In this document: positions 1-16,717 of the stretch, one piece after another | Layout of the letters: every line of letters starts with the position of its first letter | Position numbering within the stretch: position 1 is the first letter of the stretch | From: the human T2T-CHM13v2.0 reference genome, Homo sapiens | Reading direction: 5' to 3' (one strand) | Assembly: GCF_009914755.1 (NCBI RefSeq) | Contig: NC_060933.1 | Length of the DNA: 64,000 nt | Notes under the pieces: generated by a model | Databases searched by the model: none | Told to the model about the DNA's origin: nothing | The model's input: only the letters and a program-made list of their open reading frames with translations | Program-made: the position numbers and the translations under genes

Positions 1-199
1 GCAGCCTCTAAGAGACAGGTGTTTGTGGTCTCGCTCTTGCGCCACTGACCCTTCTCCAGCAAGTCCCAGACTCCAACACAGACAGCCAGCAGCATGGGGA
101 CTTTAAGTCCTCCAGCAAAGGATCCTCCACACTCAGGAACACTCTTCAATCCCAGCCACCCAGCACAGGCCACGAGCCGCTGCAGCCTTGCTGCCGGGA

Positions 200-600
200 C
201 GCAATCCACATGAAATAATCCAAAATACAGGAAAAGGTGCACGTACCAAAACTGTGCATTGTGGTAGTATTTATAACTAGAACAAAGGGGAAACCACCTA
301 AATATTTAACAATAAGCAAACGGTGACAAGTTGATGGGACAGAATATTCCAGAAGTGCAAGAGGATGGTCATGGAGTCCACAGGACAACATGGAGACCTG
401 GTTCGAAAGAAATAGACAAAAGACTCCCAAAATGTGGACCCATCTGGATTAAAAGTAGCTTAAAAAGTTAGAAAAAAAAACTAGTAAGCCATCTACCACC
501 ATACTAACGGTACCTGTATCAATAAAGGAGTTCCGAGGTGATTTTTTCCCTTTTCTCTATTTTTTTTGAGGGGCAAGCTGAGGCAGCTATATGGTTAATT
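200..600 (+). mobile_element. Old L1 (L1M-type) 3' region fragment
   Basis: A-rich degenerate L1 3'-end-like motifs; family not resolved. Confidence 0.45.
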
Positions 601-613
601 TTAATTGCTTTAA

Positions 614-937
<324 letters not shown>

Positions 938-1012
938 TGCTTGTCCCTAAAACAAAAGAAAACAAAAAAACCCAACATGACAGGAAAGTGTGTCTTAGAA
1001 AGTCAAAGTCCC

Positions 1013-1298
<286 letters not shown>

Positions 1299-3702
1299 TT
1301 AAAAAAGAAAGTGAAAGTCCCACAGAGAAAACCCCAGACCAGAGAACAGTAATAGTGGGTTAAATAGAAAACTCTATTCCAGAATTTTCTCTGTGCATAT
1401 TGTACATTATTACTATTTTATTGTTGCCAAAATGGAATTATTGTTGTTTGGGCACCTAACAGTGTGTCCCTGACATCCGTCCATGGCAGTGTTCATATGA
1501 CTCTGCCTTCTTGGTGCCTGCTGCATGACATTCCGTCGTGTGGTAATTTATTAACAGTCTTTGCTCATGGACACTTAGATGATTTCCAGTTATCGGGTTT
1601 TTGTTACAGGTACCCACGGACCACGCATCTTTACAGAGTTGGACGAATAACTTTAGAAGGCTGACTACTGAAGGCTGATTTGTGAGGGTATCAAGTCACA
1701 TGCAAGGTACAGTTTTAGGAGATTCTTACAAGTGGTGCCCCCAAATTCTAGACCCATTTCTAGGAGGTCAGGGTCACTCCGACCCCTACCCCCAGCTGGC
1801 TTCCAGGCCCTGGCCCCAGGCTCCCCTCTGCCTTCCATGGGCCTCAGCTTCCCAGACCATAAATGAGTTGGGTTGATGGTCTGTTGTACCTTTGAGCCTG
1901 TGACTCCTGGTGCACTGGGACCAGCTCCTACCTGCTCACAGGAACAGACGGATACGTTTCCAGGAGTTTTTCCAACTGGCTGTTACATAGCTATTACTAT
2001 ATATTTTTAAAAGGTCATGAATGTCCAAACTCATTTCTTTCTAATCATTTTACACCCCTGACTGTCATCTCTGCTCTCGGTGTGATCTGCGCCTGCAGAG
2101 ACTCTGGAGAACCAACCGCCAGGTGCTACCGGGCACTGATTCCCAGCTCCAAACTTGGTGAGTTGGTGGCTTGAAGTCAGCCGGGTGGGAGTACTTACGC
2201 TGTGAAAATCCACAAACGCTACAAATTGAGCTCCCCACCCCGTTGTTAATTATTCAGCAGCATATCACTGCCTTTGATCCTTTAAAACCAGGCCCTAAAT
2301 GTCTGCATGGACCTTTCTCTAACGACCAAGAGGAAGAGAGTGTTACTGCAGCGACAAATACGAGAGAGGGAGATCTTGGAGCTCAGGTAGGGGCTCCGTC
2401 TTAGCCATGTGAACTTGGCAGGTTAGAGCCTCCCTTTTCTCTTCTGTAAAATGGGGATGATGATGGCAGCCATCTTGCAGGGTCGTTGTGAGCCGCATTA
2501 AGAGGGTTCGCCCTATCACACCTTACTAGGAGCAAACATTTAGGGAGCCGCAGGCCGGGAGTCAAATCCCTGCTAAGTCACTTAATATGTCTGAGACTCA
2601 GTTTCCTGTCAATCAGGTGGTGGGCAGAGCTTTAGAGACCCAGAATCAGGGACTCTAAAATGCCATCAGGTGGGGAGGTGGGGAGAAGTTGGCTGCCCCA
2701 CCGCTGTTTTCCTTCCCCTTCCTCCCCACACTCTCAGCTCATTTCTGCCCCTCTTCCCCCAAATCTGTCAGGAAGCCCCTGGATGCACAGGTGGGTCAAA
2801 GGATGTCCACAGGACCGGCCAGCGGCTTGAGGTGGCCGAGGGATAGGGAGTGGGACATGGGGCTGGGGGTCCCTTGCTCCTCACCACCCCTCCTCTGGTC
2901 AGTTTCAGAAAGCAGCAGAGGCCATGACCCCTTGGAAGAGCCCCCAGGCCAAGGAGCCCCACAGAACCCCTAACCTGGCCTGCACCCACTCCTGCACCCT
3001 TTCTGGGGATCAGGGAGGTAGGAGGGAGGCAGGGCAGGGCCCTGCAGCCTTGGCCTGTTCAAAGGGTTTGAGGAGCTGCCCAAAGGCCCTGGGGAAGGTG
3101 AGCTGGAGGAACTTAAAGCTAAAAATAAAACAACACAGAAGTGGCCAGTCTGCCAGAGCCCTCTCTGCAATGATCCCTCACCACCCACCTCCTCAGCAGC
3201 TCTGAGAGGGAAGTCTGTTCTCTTCCCCACTTCGCTCAGAGGCCCGAAGGCAGTCCCCCAGGATCACACCACAAGGAAGTGCCTATGTGAGATTTGAACC
3301 CAGAGACGGTGCTCAGAGCCCAGGCTGTGGGCCCTCCTTCCCATCCATTCCTCATGGGGAAACTCAAGGCCCAGAGAGGCCAGGAAACTCTCCCGTCGCT
3401 GCACAGCATTCTGGGACCTAGGCTTCCCGGGGAGTAATGGAACGCAGCTGGGTGAGCAGACGCCAGAGACCAGGGTTAAAGTGAAAGAGTCAGCCCAGTT
3501 TGCCCGAGGCTTTCTTTCAACACTGAAAGTCCTGCATAACCATTTAGTTCCAGCAAACTGGGAGGGTTGGTGACCCTCCAGAGCCCCAAGGATGGCTCTG
3601 CTGGGCGTGAGCTCAGGATACAGGAAGGAGGCCGGGAATACTTGGGGCCTGGTCCGTGCACCGGAGGCCGAGTCTCCCCACCCTGGGTCCCTGGACACCT
3701 AC

Positions 3703-3769
3703 TTGTGGGGCTGAGGCTGCAGCTGGCCAGCAGCAGGGCAACAGCCAGAGGGAGCGTGCCGCGGTCCAT
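3703..3769 (-). CDS. ENG: Endoglin exon 1 coding part (signal peptide MDRGTLPLAVALLLASCSLSPT...), 67 nt; rest of gene lies left of the window
   Basis: Translation matches the endoglin N-terminus; ATG at 3769-3767; donor ACAA|GTAGGT at 3702. Confidence 0.97.
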
Positions 3770-4260
3770 GCTGTCCACGTGGGGGCCTGTGCGCTGGGCC
3801 TTATCCTGTGTCCAGTGGCAGGGCTGCGGGCGGGCACCGGGGCCGGCGTGGGCTCGCACGGGGACCCGAGGGGAGCAGGCGGCCGGAGCGACGGCGTCCC
3901 TGCTCCAGCCTTCTGGGGTGGCGGCCGAGGGGTCAGGAGAAGTGGACACAGGGACGCGGGGCTGGGCTGGAGTTGCTGTCCGAAGGATGGGCGGGGAGGG
4001 GGTGCTGGGCTCCAATGGATGGCAGTGACAGCAGCAGTCCTGGCCCCAGGGCGCAGATGAAGGCTGTGGTATGACCGGCAGCAGGGAGCTCCCGGCTCAT
4101 CCAGCCCGGCCGGCCCAGGGAGGCAGGAAATGCGCTTCCTTAGAGAAGGGGCTGGGCCAGGCCGCCTGCCAACCGGGTAGAGGAAGTGCCACGGGCTTTG
4201 TCACTGGGTGGGGGGCCCTGGGATGGGGGGAGGCAGTGGGGTGGGAGGGCCCAGGCTCTA
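3770..4260 (-). promoter_or_regulatory. ENG: ENG 5'UTR and TATA-less GC-rich proximal promoter with ETS sites (GGAAGT ~4182-4187, GGAAAT ~4126-4131) and an Sp1/KLF site (CCCAGCCC ~4149-4156)
   Basis: Motifs seen directly upstream of exon 1; the ENG promoter is known to be TATA-less and ETS/Sp1 dependent. TSS not determinable from sequence. Confidence 0.75.
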
Positions 4261-4743
4261 GGCTTGTCTCCCCAAGCACCCCACCCTCCCATCCCACCCT
4301 CTCCAAGGCTGGTGGGTGGGACGCATCAGGGAGCCCCACAGATGAAAACAATCACCCTAACAGCCCACCGAGGGGAACTTTCAGGGGGCCGGGCTTGGCT
4401 AAAGTAGTTCCTGTAGAATTTGTGACCCACCTGAGCTCACTGATCCCATTTTGCAGATGAGGAAACAGAAATCCGATGTGTTGAGATCACTGGTTCAAGA
4501 AGATGGTAGCGCTGGGATCCTGCCCACCTCCACCACTTCACGTCTTGTCGGGCATCAAACCCGGCCTACTAAGTGCAGTTGACATGGGGCTGCCTAACAG
4601 GCAGGAAAACTGAAGCTCAGGCTAGGGAGGGAAGTCCCAAAGTGGCACAGCAAGGCGGCTAGGGCTGGCGTCTCTGGGCTCAGAGGAGCTGCCCAGGGCC
4701 ACACACTTCACGTCTGACCCCTTCATGGGTGGAAAATCCTTCA

Positions 4744-5073
<330 letters not shown>

Positions 5074-6989
5074 GACAGCTCCAAATTATGGGGACTTTAA
5101 TGGCACTTCTGAAGTCACGTGGCCCTGGGTTCAAATCCGATTCTGCTTGCTCCTAGCCATGAGACCTTGGACAAGGCCCCTCAATTCTCAGCACCCCCTG
5201 TTTGCAAAGTGGGGCACGATGCCTTCCTGACCAAGCCATTATGAGATTTCTGAGGGTCAGGACACTACAGCACTGAGCCCTGGGACATACAGGAGATGCT
5301 TCCCCATCAGTGCTCCCTGAGCTGGGTGACAGTCCCCAAACTGTCCCATGTTCATTCTGCAAACAGTAAGCGCACCTACTATGTACCCACCGTGGGACTA
5401 CTCACAGGTAGCACCCAGGGCCAGGCCCATGAAAGCTCAGAGAAGGAATCCTGGGCCACCTGGAGGGCCTGGTATTTAGGCCTGCCCTTTGAAAGACTGG
5501 GTGAGTTGGGATTGGGGAGAAGAAGGGGTGAGGAAAGCATGCCAGGCAGGGGTGCCAGACTAAGCAAAGGCACAGAAGCAGGAAACAGTCGGACCACCGT
5601 GAGACCAGCAGGGGTGTGGTGGGGACAGGAAGCTGGAGAGGCAGAGTCTGGCCCTGCATTGGGAGGGCCTCAAATGCCAGGACTTTGTCCTTAGGGCCAC
5701 TGGGAGTCATGGAGAGTTCTTGAGCAGAAGGACGCTGGCAGAGCTAGGCTTTGAGAGGCCAAATCTTTGTGTGTGCTGGCAGGACCCACGGTGAGATGGA
5801 GCCAGAAGGTTCTTCTCCCTGGATCCACCTGCCCTGGGTCACAGGTGGAGAAATTGAGGCCCAGGGAGGGAGGAGAAGGCTGAGGCCCTGGGTGCCTCTG
5901 GAGGGAGGATGTCTGTCCAGGGTCTGAGGCCTTGCCTCTCCGTGCTTATTGGCCGGCCCGGGTGACAAGAGTAGGCCGTGTGTTTGTCTCTGCAGGAGCT
6001 GTCACAGCGGCTGGGAGGGTCGGTGTGGCTCTTTGGGTGGGGATTAGGGATCGTTCTGCTTGCCCAGCCTTGTGGCTGCCTGGCCAGTTTGCAGCCAAGC
6101 GTGGCTTTGAGGTCAAGGGAGAGTGTCCTCTCCCAGAGGGCCACCCTGAGAAGGGCATCTCCTCTGCCTTTTCCTGTAACCTCGGAGACGAGGCCATGGG
6201 CACTGCGAGGCAAAGGGTGGCTCGGTGGGGGTTCAGGGGTGGCTCTGAGGTTTCCACAGGCCCCAGACCGAGATCTGTGCCCCAGGGACAGTTAATCCAG
6301 CCCTAGGAGCTGAGCGCTCTCTCTGCACCAGGGCCCGCCCTAGGCGTTCACCTTATCAGCTCTGAATCCTCACAGCCACCCCAGGAGGTGGGTACCGTTA
6401 TACCTCCACTTTACAGAGGAGGAACCCCAGCTGGAGGGTGGTGACCCCAGGGCTGCCTGGGTCCAAGCTCACCTCCTTCCCTGCCACCATCCCCTGAGCT
6501 GAGTTTGGAGTGAGGGACAGATGTGGCAGGGGCTGCAGGTATCACAGGGTGTTGGGGGCATCTGGGGCAGTGACAGGGACCCCACAGGAGGCTCTTCCCA
6601 AACCTCCCTCCCTCCCCTTCCCTCCACGCTGCACAGTCTGTCCCCATCCACGTTGTAAACAAGACCCAATGGATTCTCTAGAAAGTAGGAGAGACTCCAG
6701 ATGGACTCCAGGAAGAACTGGGGCCCCGACCCCAGACACCTCATGGAGGAAGGAAGAGATTGGGACCACCGTGGGTGGGGGGTGAAGCGGAAGTCACCTC
6801 TGGCTCCCACAGCATCCTGACCTTCCCTGTCACACCTAAGCCTGTGTGCAGCCATCTGCATGTATCTCTCTACTTGATTAGAAGCCCCATGAAGGCAGAG
6901 ACTTTGACACCCTTTGCACTGCTGTGTCCCCAGCACAGAGCCCAGGGCCTTTCAGCTCTTGAGATGGATTTGCTGAAAGCATGAGGGAC

Positions 6990-7547
6990 CCTAGAAGTCA
7001 AGGCAGGGGTGGGGGTCATGGAGGCCCAGAGAAGTGGGCCTTGTCATTGGTTCCCAGGAGAAAAGGCCAGTCCTGGACTGGGTCTCCTGCCCGAGGAAGC
7101 CTGGTGGCCACATGGCCTCCCTGCTGGGCACAGGCCTTGGGGTAGCTGTCTTCTACATCCCCCAGCTGCACTCTCCCTCTTGTGGGACACATCCACTTCC
7201 CCACCCCTGCAGAGGTCAGAGGAGGCAGGAGGAGGAGGGTCCGTCTTCCAGCCCCTTCCCTGCAGGGTCACTGCATACTGGTGGCCTCCCTCCACTGAAG
7301 GCCACGGTCCTGTTGGGGACCCCCTCCACCCAGCCCTGTCCAGCTGTGGACTCAGCTCCTCCCCTGGCCTCTTCAGGCTGAGGGTGGTCACAGCCCACGC
7401 CGCTGCCAGCCCTGGGGTTCTGCACCGTCCCTTGGGGCTTCCCTACACCCCGACCACACCTGTGTAAACAGACCCTTCACCAAACTCTCCTCTAATGATC
7501 CTACTGGAACGTGCCATCTGTTTCCTGCCGGGGCTTTGACTGATACG
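6990..7547 (+). mobile_element. Old ERVL-class solo LTR (family uncertain)
   Basis: 3' end GTGCCATCTGTTTCCTG...TGACTGATAC resembles ERVL LTR termini; 5' boundary approximate. Confidence 0.5.
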
Positions 7548-7770
7548 GATGTGTTCAGGTGCCGTCTGTCCACACGCCCGAGAGACGCGTGGCTGATGGC
7601 CAGGCCCCTGTGCCTGGACCCCACAGAGGGCAGATGCACACTTTCTGCTCTTTCTTCCTCCTGGCTGGCCAGGAAGGCCAGGGCTGCAGGAAAAGACAGA
7701 GCACGTCCACCCTGGCCACTGGCCACTGAAGGAATTTCAGGCGGCCCCCAGGGACCCACCAGGCGGCTGA

Positions 7771-8176
<406 letters not shown>

Positions 8177-8814
8177 GATCTTTCCACTTTCTGAGCCTCA
8201 GTTTCTTCATCTGCACAAGGGGAGGGCAGCCTGCTGGTCTGGAGGAGTTCAAAGGGCAAGACAAGAATTGGAATTGCACCACCATCCATGAGCTTGCCTG
8301 GCCCTGTGCCAAGTGCCACTTTGCAGCCACTTCAGTGGCTGAGGCTGTCATGTCAGCATTTTACGATGGAAGAAACTGAGGCTCAGGTTTGCAAGGCCAC
8401 AGGGCTGGGAAGAGGCAGAGGATAATTGAAATCCAGGCCTTTTTCCCTTGGCTTCCAGAACATTCTGTCCTGGCTTTCCTCCCACCTCCCTGGTCACCTT
8501 ATCTGTCTCCTCCCTGGTTCCTCCTTGTTCCCCCAGGCTTGGTTGCTGGCCCCTTCCTTCTTTGTTTACCCTCACTCCCAAGCCAGGTTTTCGCAAACCT
8601 TTGTGACCCTGGTGTCACGTCCCAACACAGACCCTGGGACTCAGACTCAAATAATGGAAACGCATTTTGTGGTCCTGTAGATAGATTTGCGGCTGTGATG
8701 CCCTCCAGTAACCCCCAACCTGTTGCATTTTCTTTCACTACTCGTCACAAGCTCATCTGTTGGTTTTGTTACCCACCAACGAGTCTCGGCCATAAAATGT
8801 CATGCCCTAGACTG

Positions 8815-9780
<966 letters not shown>

Positions 9781-9799
9781 TCCAGGCAACCTTGTCCAG

Positions 9800-10990
9800 A
9801 CAACAGCTTTAAATACCATCTAGATATCAAGGGCTCCCGACTGTATGTCTCCAGCCAGAACTCCCCCTGGCTCCAGGGCCCTGGATGTCGTATCTCAGAC
9901 TCCACACGTTGAAAACTGGGCTCTGTTCTTTCTCTGCAAACTGCTCCTGCCTCAGTCTTTCCATCTCAGACCTTGACCTCCTCCTACTACACAAGCCTTG
10001 GGGTTGACCTTGGGTCTTTCTCTCATGCCTTCATCCAAGCCACAGCAAATCTGGCAGGCCCTCCCTCAGATTCCCAGGGACCGTGGAATATGGCTGCTTC
10101 TCACCACCCACAGCCACCTCCCTCTTGGAATGTCACAGTCCCCAGTCCCTGCACTGAGCCCACCTTGCTTCCAACTTGCCCCCAGCCTTTTCTCCGCTAT
10201 CACGGGAGCTTCAGTCCAATTCCGTCCTGGCTCTGCTCAGCACCCTCCACTGGCCATCGTCTCCCTCAGAGTCAAAGCCAAAGCCCCTCAGGCCAATGAG
10301 TTTCTCCCTGCCCCCTCTTCAGCCTCCCCTTCTGCTCGCCTCCACCCTACTCCACCCCAGCTCCTTGCTCTTTCTCAAATGTGCCAAGCACACGCCCACC
10401 CCAGGGCCTTTGCACCTGCTGTTACTGCTCGCTGAAACATTCTTCCCCTAGGTCGCCACAGGGCTCGCTCCCTCATCCCTGATCAAATGTCACACGGCCA
10501 GCGAGGTCTTCCTTGAGCAGCGCATTTAAAACAGCCCTCTCCTCCCACTAGCAATGGGCCCACATGGCACCATCTGACACTAGATATTGTTTTTTTGTTT
10601 GTTTGTGTTTGTTTGGAGACGGAGTCTTGCTCTGTTGTCCAGGCTGGAGTGCAGTGGCATGATCTCGGCTCACTGCAACCTCTGCCTCCCAGAGGATTCT
10701 CCTGCCTCAGCCTCCTGAGTAGCTGGGATTACAGGTGCTCGCCGCCACACCTTGCTAATTTTTGTATTTTTAGTAGAGACGGGGTTCCGCCATGTTGGAC
10801 AGGCTGGTCTCGAACTCTTGAGCTCAGGTGATGCACCATCCTCGGCCTCCCAAAGTGCTGGGATTACAGGCGTGAGCCACAGTACCCGGCTGACACACTA
10901 GATATTGTTGATTGATTTGTCTTCCTTTCCAGAACAGAAGTTCTATGAGGACCGGGGTTCTGCCTTGTTTGCTGCTGAATCCCCATCACT
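9800..10990 (-). mobile_element. L2-like relic interrupted by an antisense Alu (10590-10891)
   Basis: L2 3' motifs (CAGGGCCTTTGCACCTGCTG, TCAAATGTCAC); Alu consensus. Confidence 0.6.
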
Positions 10991-11599
10991 AGGAGTAGTG
11001 CCTGGCCTGGCAGGTGCTGAAGAAGCTTGTGAATCAATGAGTGGGTTTGGCCACTGGGTTATACGGCTCAAGGTCTCACGGGCGATGATTTGAGTCCCCA
11101 GGGTATGGGTGTTGGGGGCATTCTGAGCGCAGGGACAGGGTCTCTGAAGAGGGGGAATGACTCCCCAAGAGTAGGGTTTGGTCACGTCCCGCCAGACCCT
11201 ACTCTGTTCTAGAAGAGCAGAGTCCCTTAAAGTCACCCTCTCTTTCCCCAAGGAAGGGGCCCTGGGAGCTGGAGCCTCCAAATCCTGGGTGAAATTGGCC
11301 TTCCTGATGAAACACACCCCCTAGAGCTAAAGAACCCATAAACCCCCCTAGGAGACAGAGGATTCCACTGGGCCAGGATTCTAGAACCTCTGAGTGGTAA
11401 GGGCTCTGAGCTCATAGAAAGAGAAACTGAGGCCCAAGAGGGAAAGGGACTCACCCAGCACTCCCAGTGTTGGGTTTACAGGCGTGAGCCACTGAGCCTG
11501 GCTTATTATTATTTCAGTGTATATTCCCACCATGGCAACCCATGCAGGAGCCCACGCACTAGAACCCCTGGGCACAGGGAGAAGGTCTCACCCCCTGCC

Positions 11600-12100
11600 C
11601 CTGCTGCTGTGCGACCTGGGGCCAACCACACAGCCTCTCTGGGCCCAACCACACAGCCTCTCTGGGCCCACTTCCCTAGTGAGGGAGCCCTGTGCGCACA
11701 GGCTGCACGTGTCCAACAGGGCTCCTGGCCCCCACTCCTCTAAAGCCCCCCCTCGCGGAGTCGCCAGGCCTTCCTGTTTACTCGAGGCCCCTAGAGCGGC
11801 TGGGAGGCGACAGCCTTGGCCTCCTCTGCTCCCCACTTCCTTCCTCTCCCACTTCAGCGCCTCCGGCCCAGGCCCTCAGGGCCCTCGAGGCCAAGACCTG
11901 GAGGCACAGTCTTTGCGGGGGGTGGGGGGAGAGCAGGGGTCATCTGAGGCCACTACCAAGTGAGTCCTGCCCGGGAGCACCCAGGTTATAGAGGCTCTAA
12001 TCCCACTGGCTGGTCAGAATGTTCCAGCACCTTGGGACAAGCCACTGCCTGGAGTGTCCCTAGAGATAAGAAGCGTGTGACAGCATTGACGTTATCCAAC
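11600..12100. promoter_or_regulatory. Candidate endothelial enhancer ~8 kb upstream of ENG (FOX:ETS, ETS, RUNX, GATA motifs)
   Basis: GTAAACAGGAAG (minus, 11770-11781), CACTTCCTTCC ~11834, AACCACA x2, AGATAA ~12064; distance fits the described endoglin -8 kb enhancer. Confidence 0.55.
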
Positions 12101-12239
12101 CCAACACCACGCCCAACTCTCAGTCCACCAGTGGGGGTGAGCACTCACTGACCCTGGAGGGGTCCCCTCCTCCTCCACACTCCTCCCTGAGCTCCTGCCT
12201 CCACGGGACCCCCTCTGGCCCTCCCTCCGCCAAGCAGGA

Positions 12240-12385
12240 TCTCCCTAAGCTGCTCACGGTGTCAGCCGTAGACCGGCAGCCTGGGCGTCACCACCTAACC
12301 TGGACCTGCTGAATGAGAATCAGCTTTTTCACAAGGCCCCCACCCCGGGATATTCGTGCGTGCACCAAAGCTGGAAGTGCTGCAG
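12240..12385 (+). mobile_element. MER5A-like fragment
   Basis: GACCTGCTGAATGAGAATC...CAAGGCCCC...GAAGTGCTG pattern. Confidence 0.55.
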
Positions 12386-12621
12386 ATCTAACCTTCCTGT
12401 CTGGTTTTAAAACCCGTCACGAGTGTGGCCCAAAGGCTTAACCTGAATCTACGAAGACTTTACAATTAACTTCCAGTTTACAGAAATGTTGAAGGATAAA
12501 GGTGCAAGTTAAACAACACCATAAGGAGGGACAGGTGAATGTAGGAGGAGGAATTCTCCACAGAACAGCTGGTTCCTTCACAGAAAGAGGGGGAGAGTGG
12601 TCCTAGATTAAAAGAGATCTT

Positions 12622-14466
<1,845 letters not shown>

Positions 14467-15275
14467 CACCTCTTTCTTAGCCTCTCATTGCCCTTATGAG
14501 AAACCCTGTGAGTCTGGTTCGTACACTGCTAGCCTTGTCTCTTGCTACCGCCACCCCGCTAGCCTGCGTTACAGCCCCCCTCTGCGGTCTCAGCTCTCCC
14601 AACACCCACAGGTCCTTTCCACCTCTGTGGCTCTGCAGAGCTGTTCCCTCTGTCCTTTCTTGCCCTCTGTCTTGTGGCGAACTCCCAGGTGTCTTCAGGG
14701 CCCTGCCCCAGAACTCTGGTCAAGGAACCTCCCACCACTAGGTCTCCTCTGAGCTTGGTGCACTCAGCTGCCCAGAACTGGTCTTGGTTGAGTGGGTCTG
14801 ACGGGATGTTGCGAACAGAGGCCTCTCCTCGTGCTGGGAGCCATATCGCAGCAGGCCAGGGGCCTCTAAGCCTCTGTCTCGCTGGCACGGCGGGTGCTCC
14901 AGCAATGTCTACAGAACAAGCAAACATGCATGAAAGAAATTCCCAAAGGAAGGTTTACGGTGGCAAGGACGGGGTGGTGGTTCCCAGGGCTTTAAAACTT
15001 TTTGCGTTTCCAAGTTTTCAGCAAAGAGGATATCTGCATCTAGACAGATGAGAGAGGGAGAGAGATGATAGGTAGGTATTGTTTACGTGGATAAAGTGAT
15101 TCTGTGGTGAATCGTTTGACAATTTGAATCAGCTTAGGTTTCACAAACTGGGACTCACCCGGATGAATGAAGCTGTGATCAAAATAAAGATAAGGTAGAT
15201 GAGAAAGAACTAGGACCCCCCCACCAAACCGCCTCCTTATCTTTATTACTTTGTCTTCATCCTGAGACAGAATGG

Positions 15276-15668
15276 ATGTGTGAGACAGTGAGTGTGTGTG
15301 CGTGTAAGAGTGAATGTGAGTGGTTTGTGTGCACGTGTGTGGTGTGTGCACTGCATGACTGTGAGTGTGCAGATGTGTGTGAATGTGAGTGGTTTGTGTG
15401 TACAAGTGTGTGAATGTGTGCATGTGTAAATGTGTGTGAATGAGTGTGTGTGCAAGTGTGTTTGTGTGAGTGGGAGTGCAAGTGTCTGGGTCAGTGTGAG
15501 TGCGTGTGGGTGACTGTGTAAATGTGTGTATGGATGAGTGGTTTGTGTGCACATGCATGTGTGTAAAAGTGTGTGTGCATGCGTGTGTGGGAGTGCAAGT
15601 GTGTGGATCAGTGTGTATGTGTGAGTGCATGTGTGCGCGCGCTGGCGTGTGTGAGTGTGTGTGTGTGA
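15276..15668. repeat. Degenerate (TG)n low-complexity repeat
   Basis: Direct inspection. Confidence 0.93.
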
Positions 15669-15863
15669 ATCTGGTTTGACAGATGCAGGACCCAGGACCT
15701 GGAGCCTGCGGTGTCCCTGCGTGCCCCATCAGTTTTCTGCCGATGCGGAAAACCGAGGACCAGCTGCAGAGGCCTCCACACAGCCCCTACCCTCCACAAC
15801 TTCCCTGGGACAGAATGGCTCCCCCTACATGCCTTGTCTTCTGCTAGCTCCGCTGAACTCCTG

Positions 15864-15924
15864 TTTATTTCTTTCATGTTCTTCTTTCAATAGATTCACC
15901 TTTTATAACTTAAAATCGTTTATT
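15864..15924 (-). terminator. AK1: Distal AK1 polyadenylation signals (AATAAA at 15919-15924 and 15864-15869)
   Basis: TTTATT on + strand ~1.5 kb past the AK1 stop, in a unique AT-rich patch. Confidence 0.75.
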
Positions 15925-16312
15925 TTAAAGGAAACTTTAAATAACCAATGGAAATGAAAAACCAGCCCCACTTGCCATGAACAGCCCCAACTGTTCGGAT
16001 TTCATTCGGGCAGGCGGGGTCCACAAGAGGCTCTCTTGGCTTAAAGGGAGCCCAGCTTGGGCCAGATCAGGTGTTAAGGACACGTGAGCACCAAATTGAG
16101 CCTTTCTCAGTGATGAGGTCAAAAAATGAAAGCGCGCAGGAAGGGTTCTCCCCAGGGGATTCTGGGGTGTCCCCAAGTCATCCGGGGCCCCGCACGCTTC
16201 GGGCCATGCTGTTCTGGTCTCCAGCCCTCATGGCCGTGGCAATGGACAGCGTCCACTCCTCACTCAGTGTGTTCGCATCCTGACCTTGAGGTGGGGGTGA
16301 GGGGGACATTGA

Positions 16313-16717
<405 letters not shown>

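Noticed and set aside
15040-15729. 229-aa His/Thr-rich ORF and overlapping ORFs
   Set aside because: Translation of the (TG)n/(CA)n low-complexity repeat.
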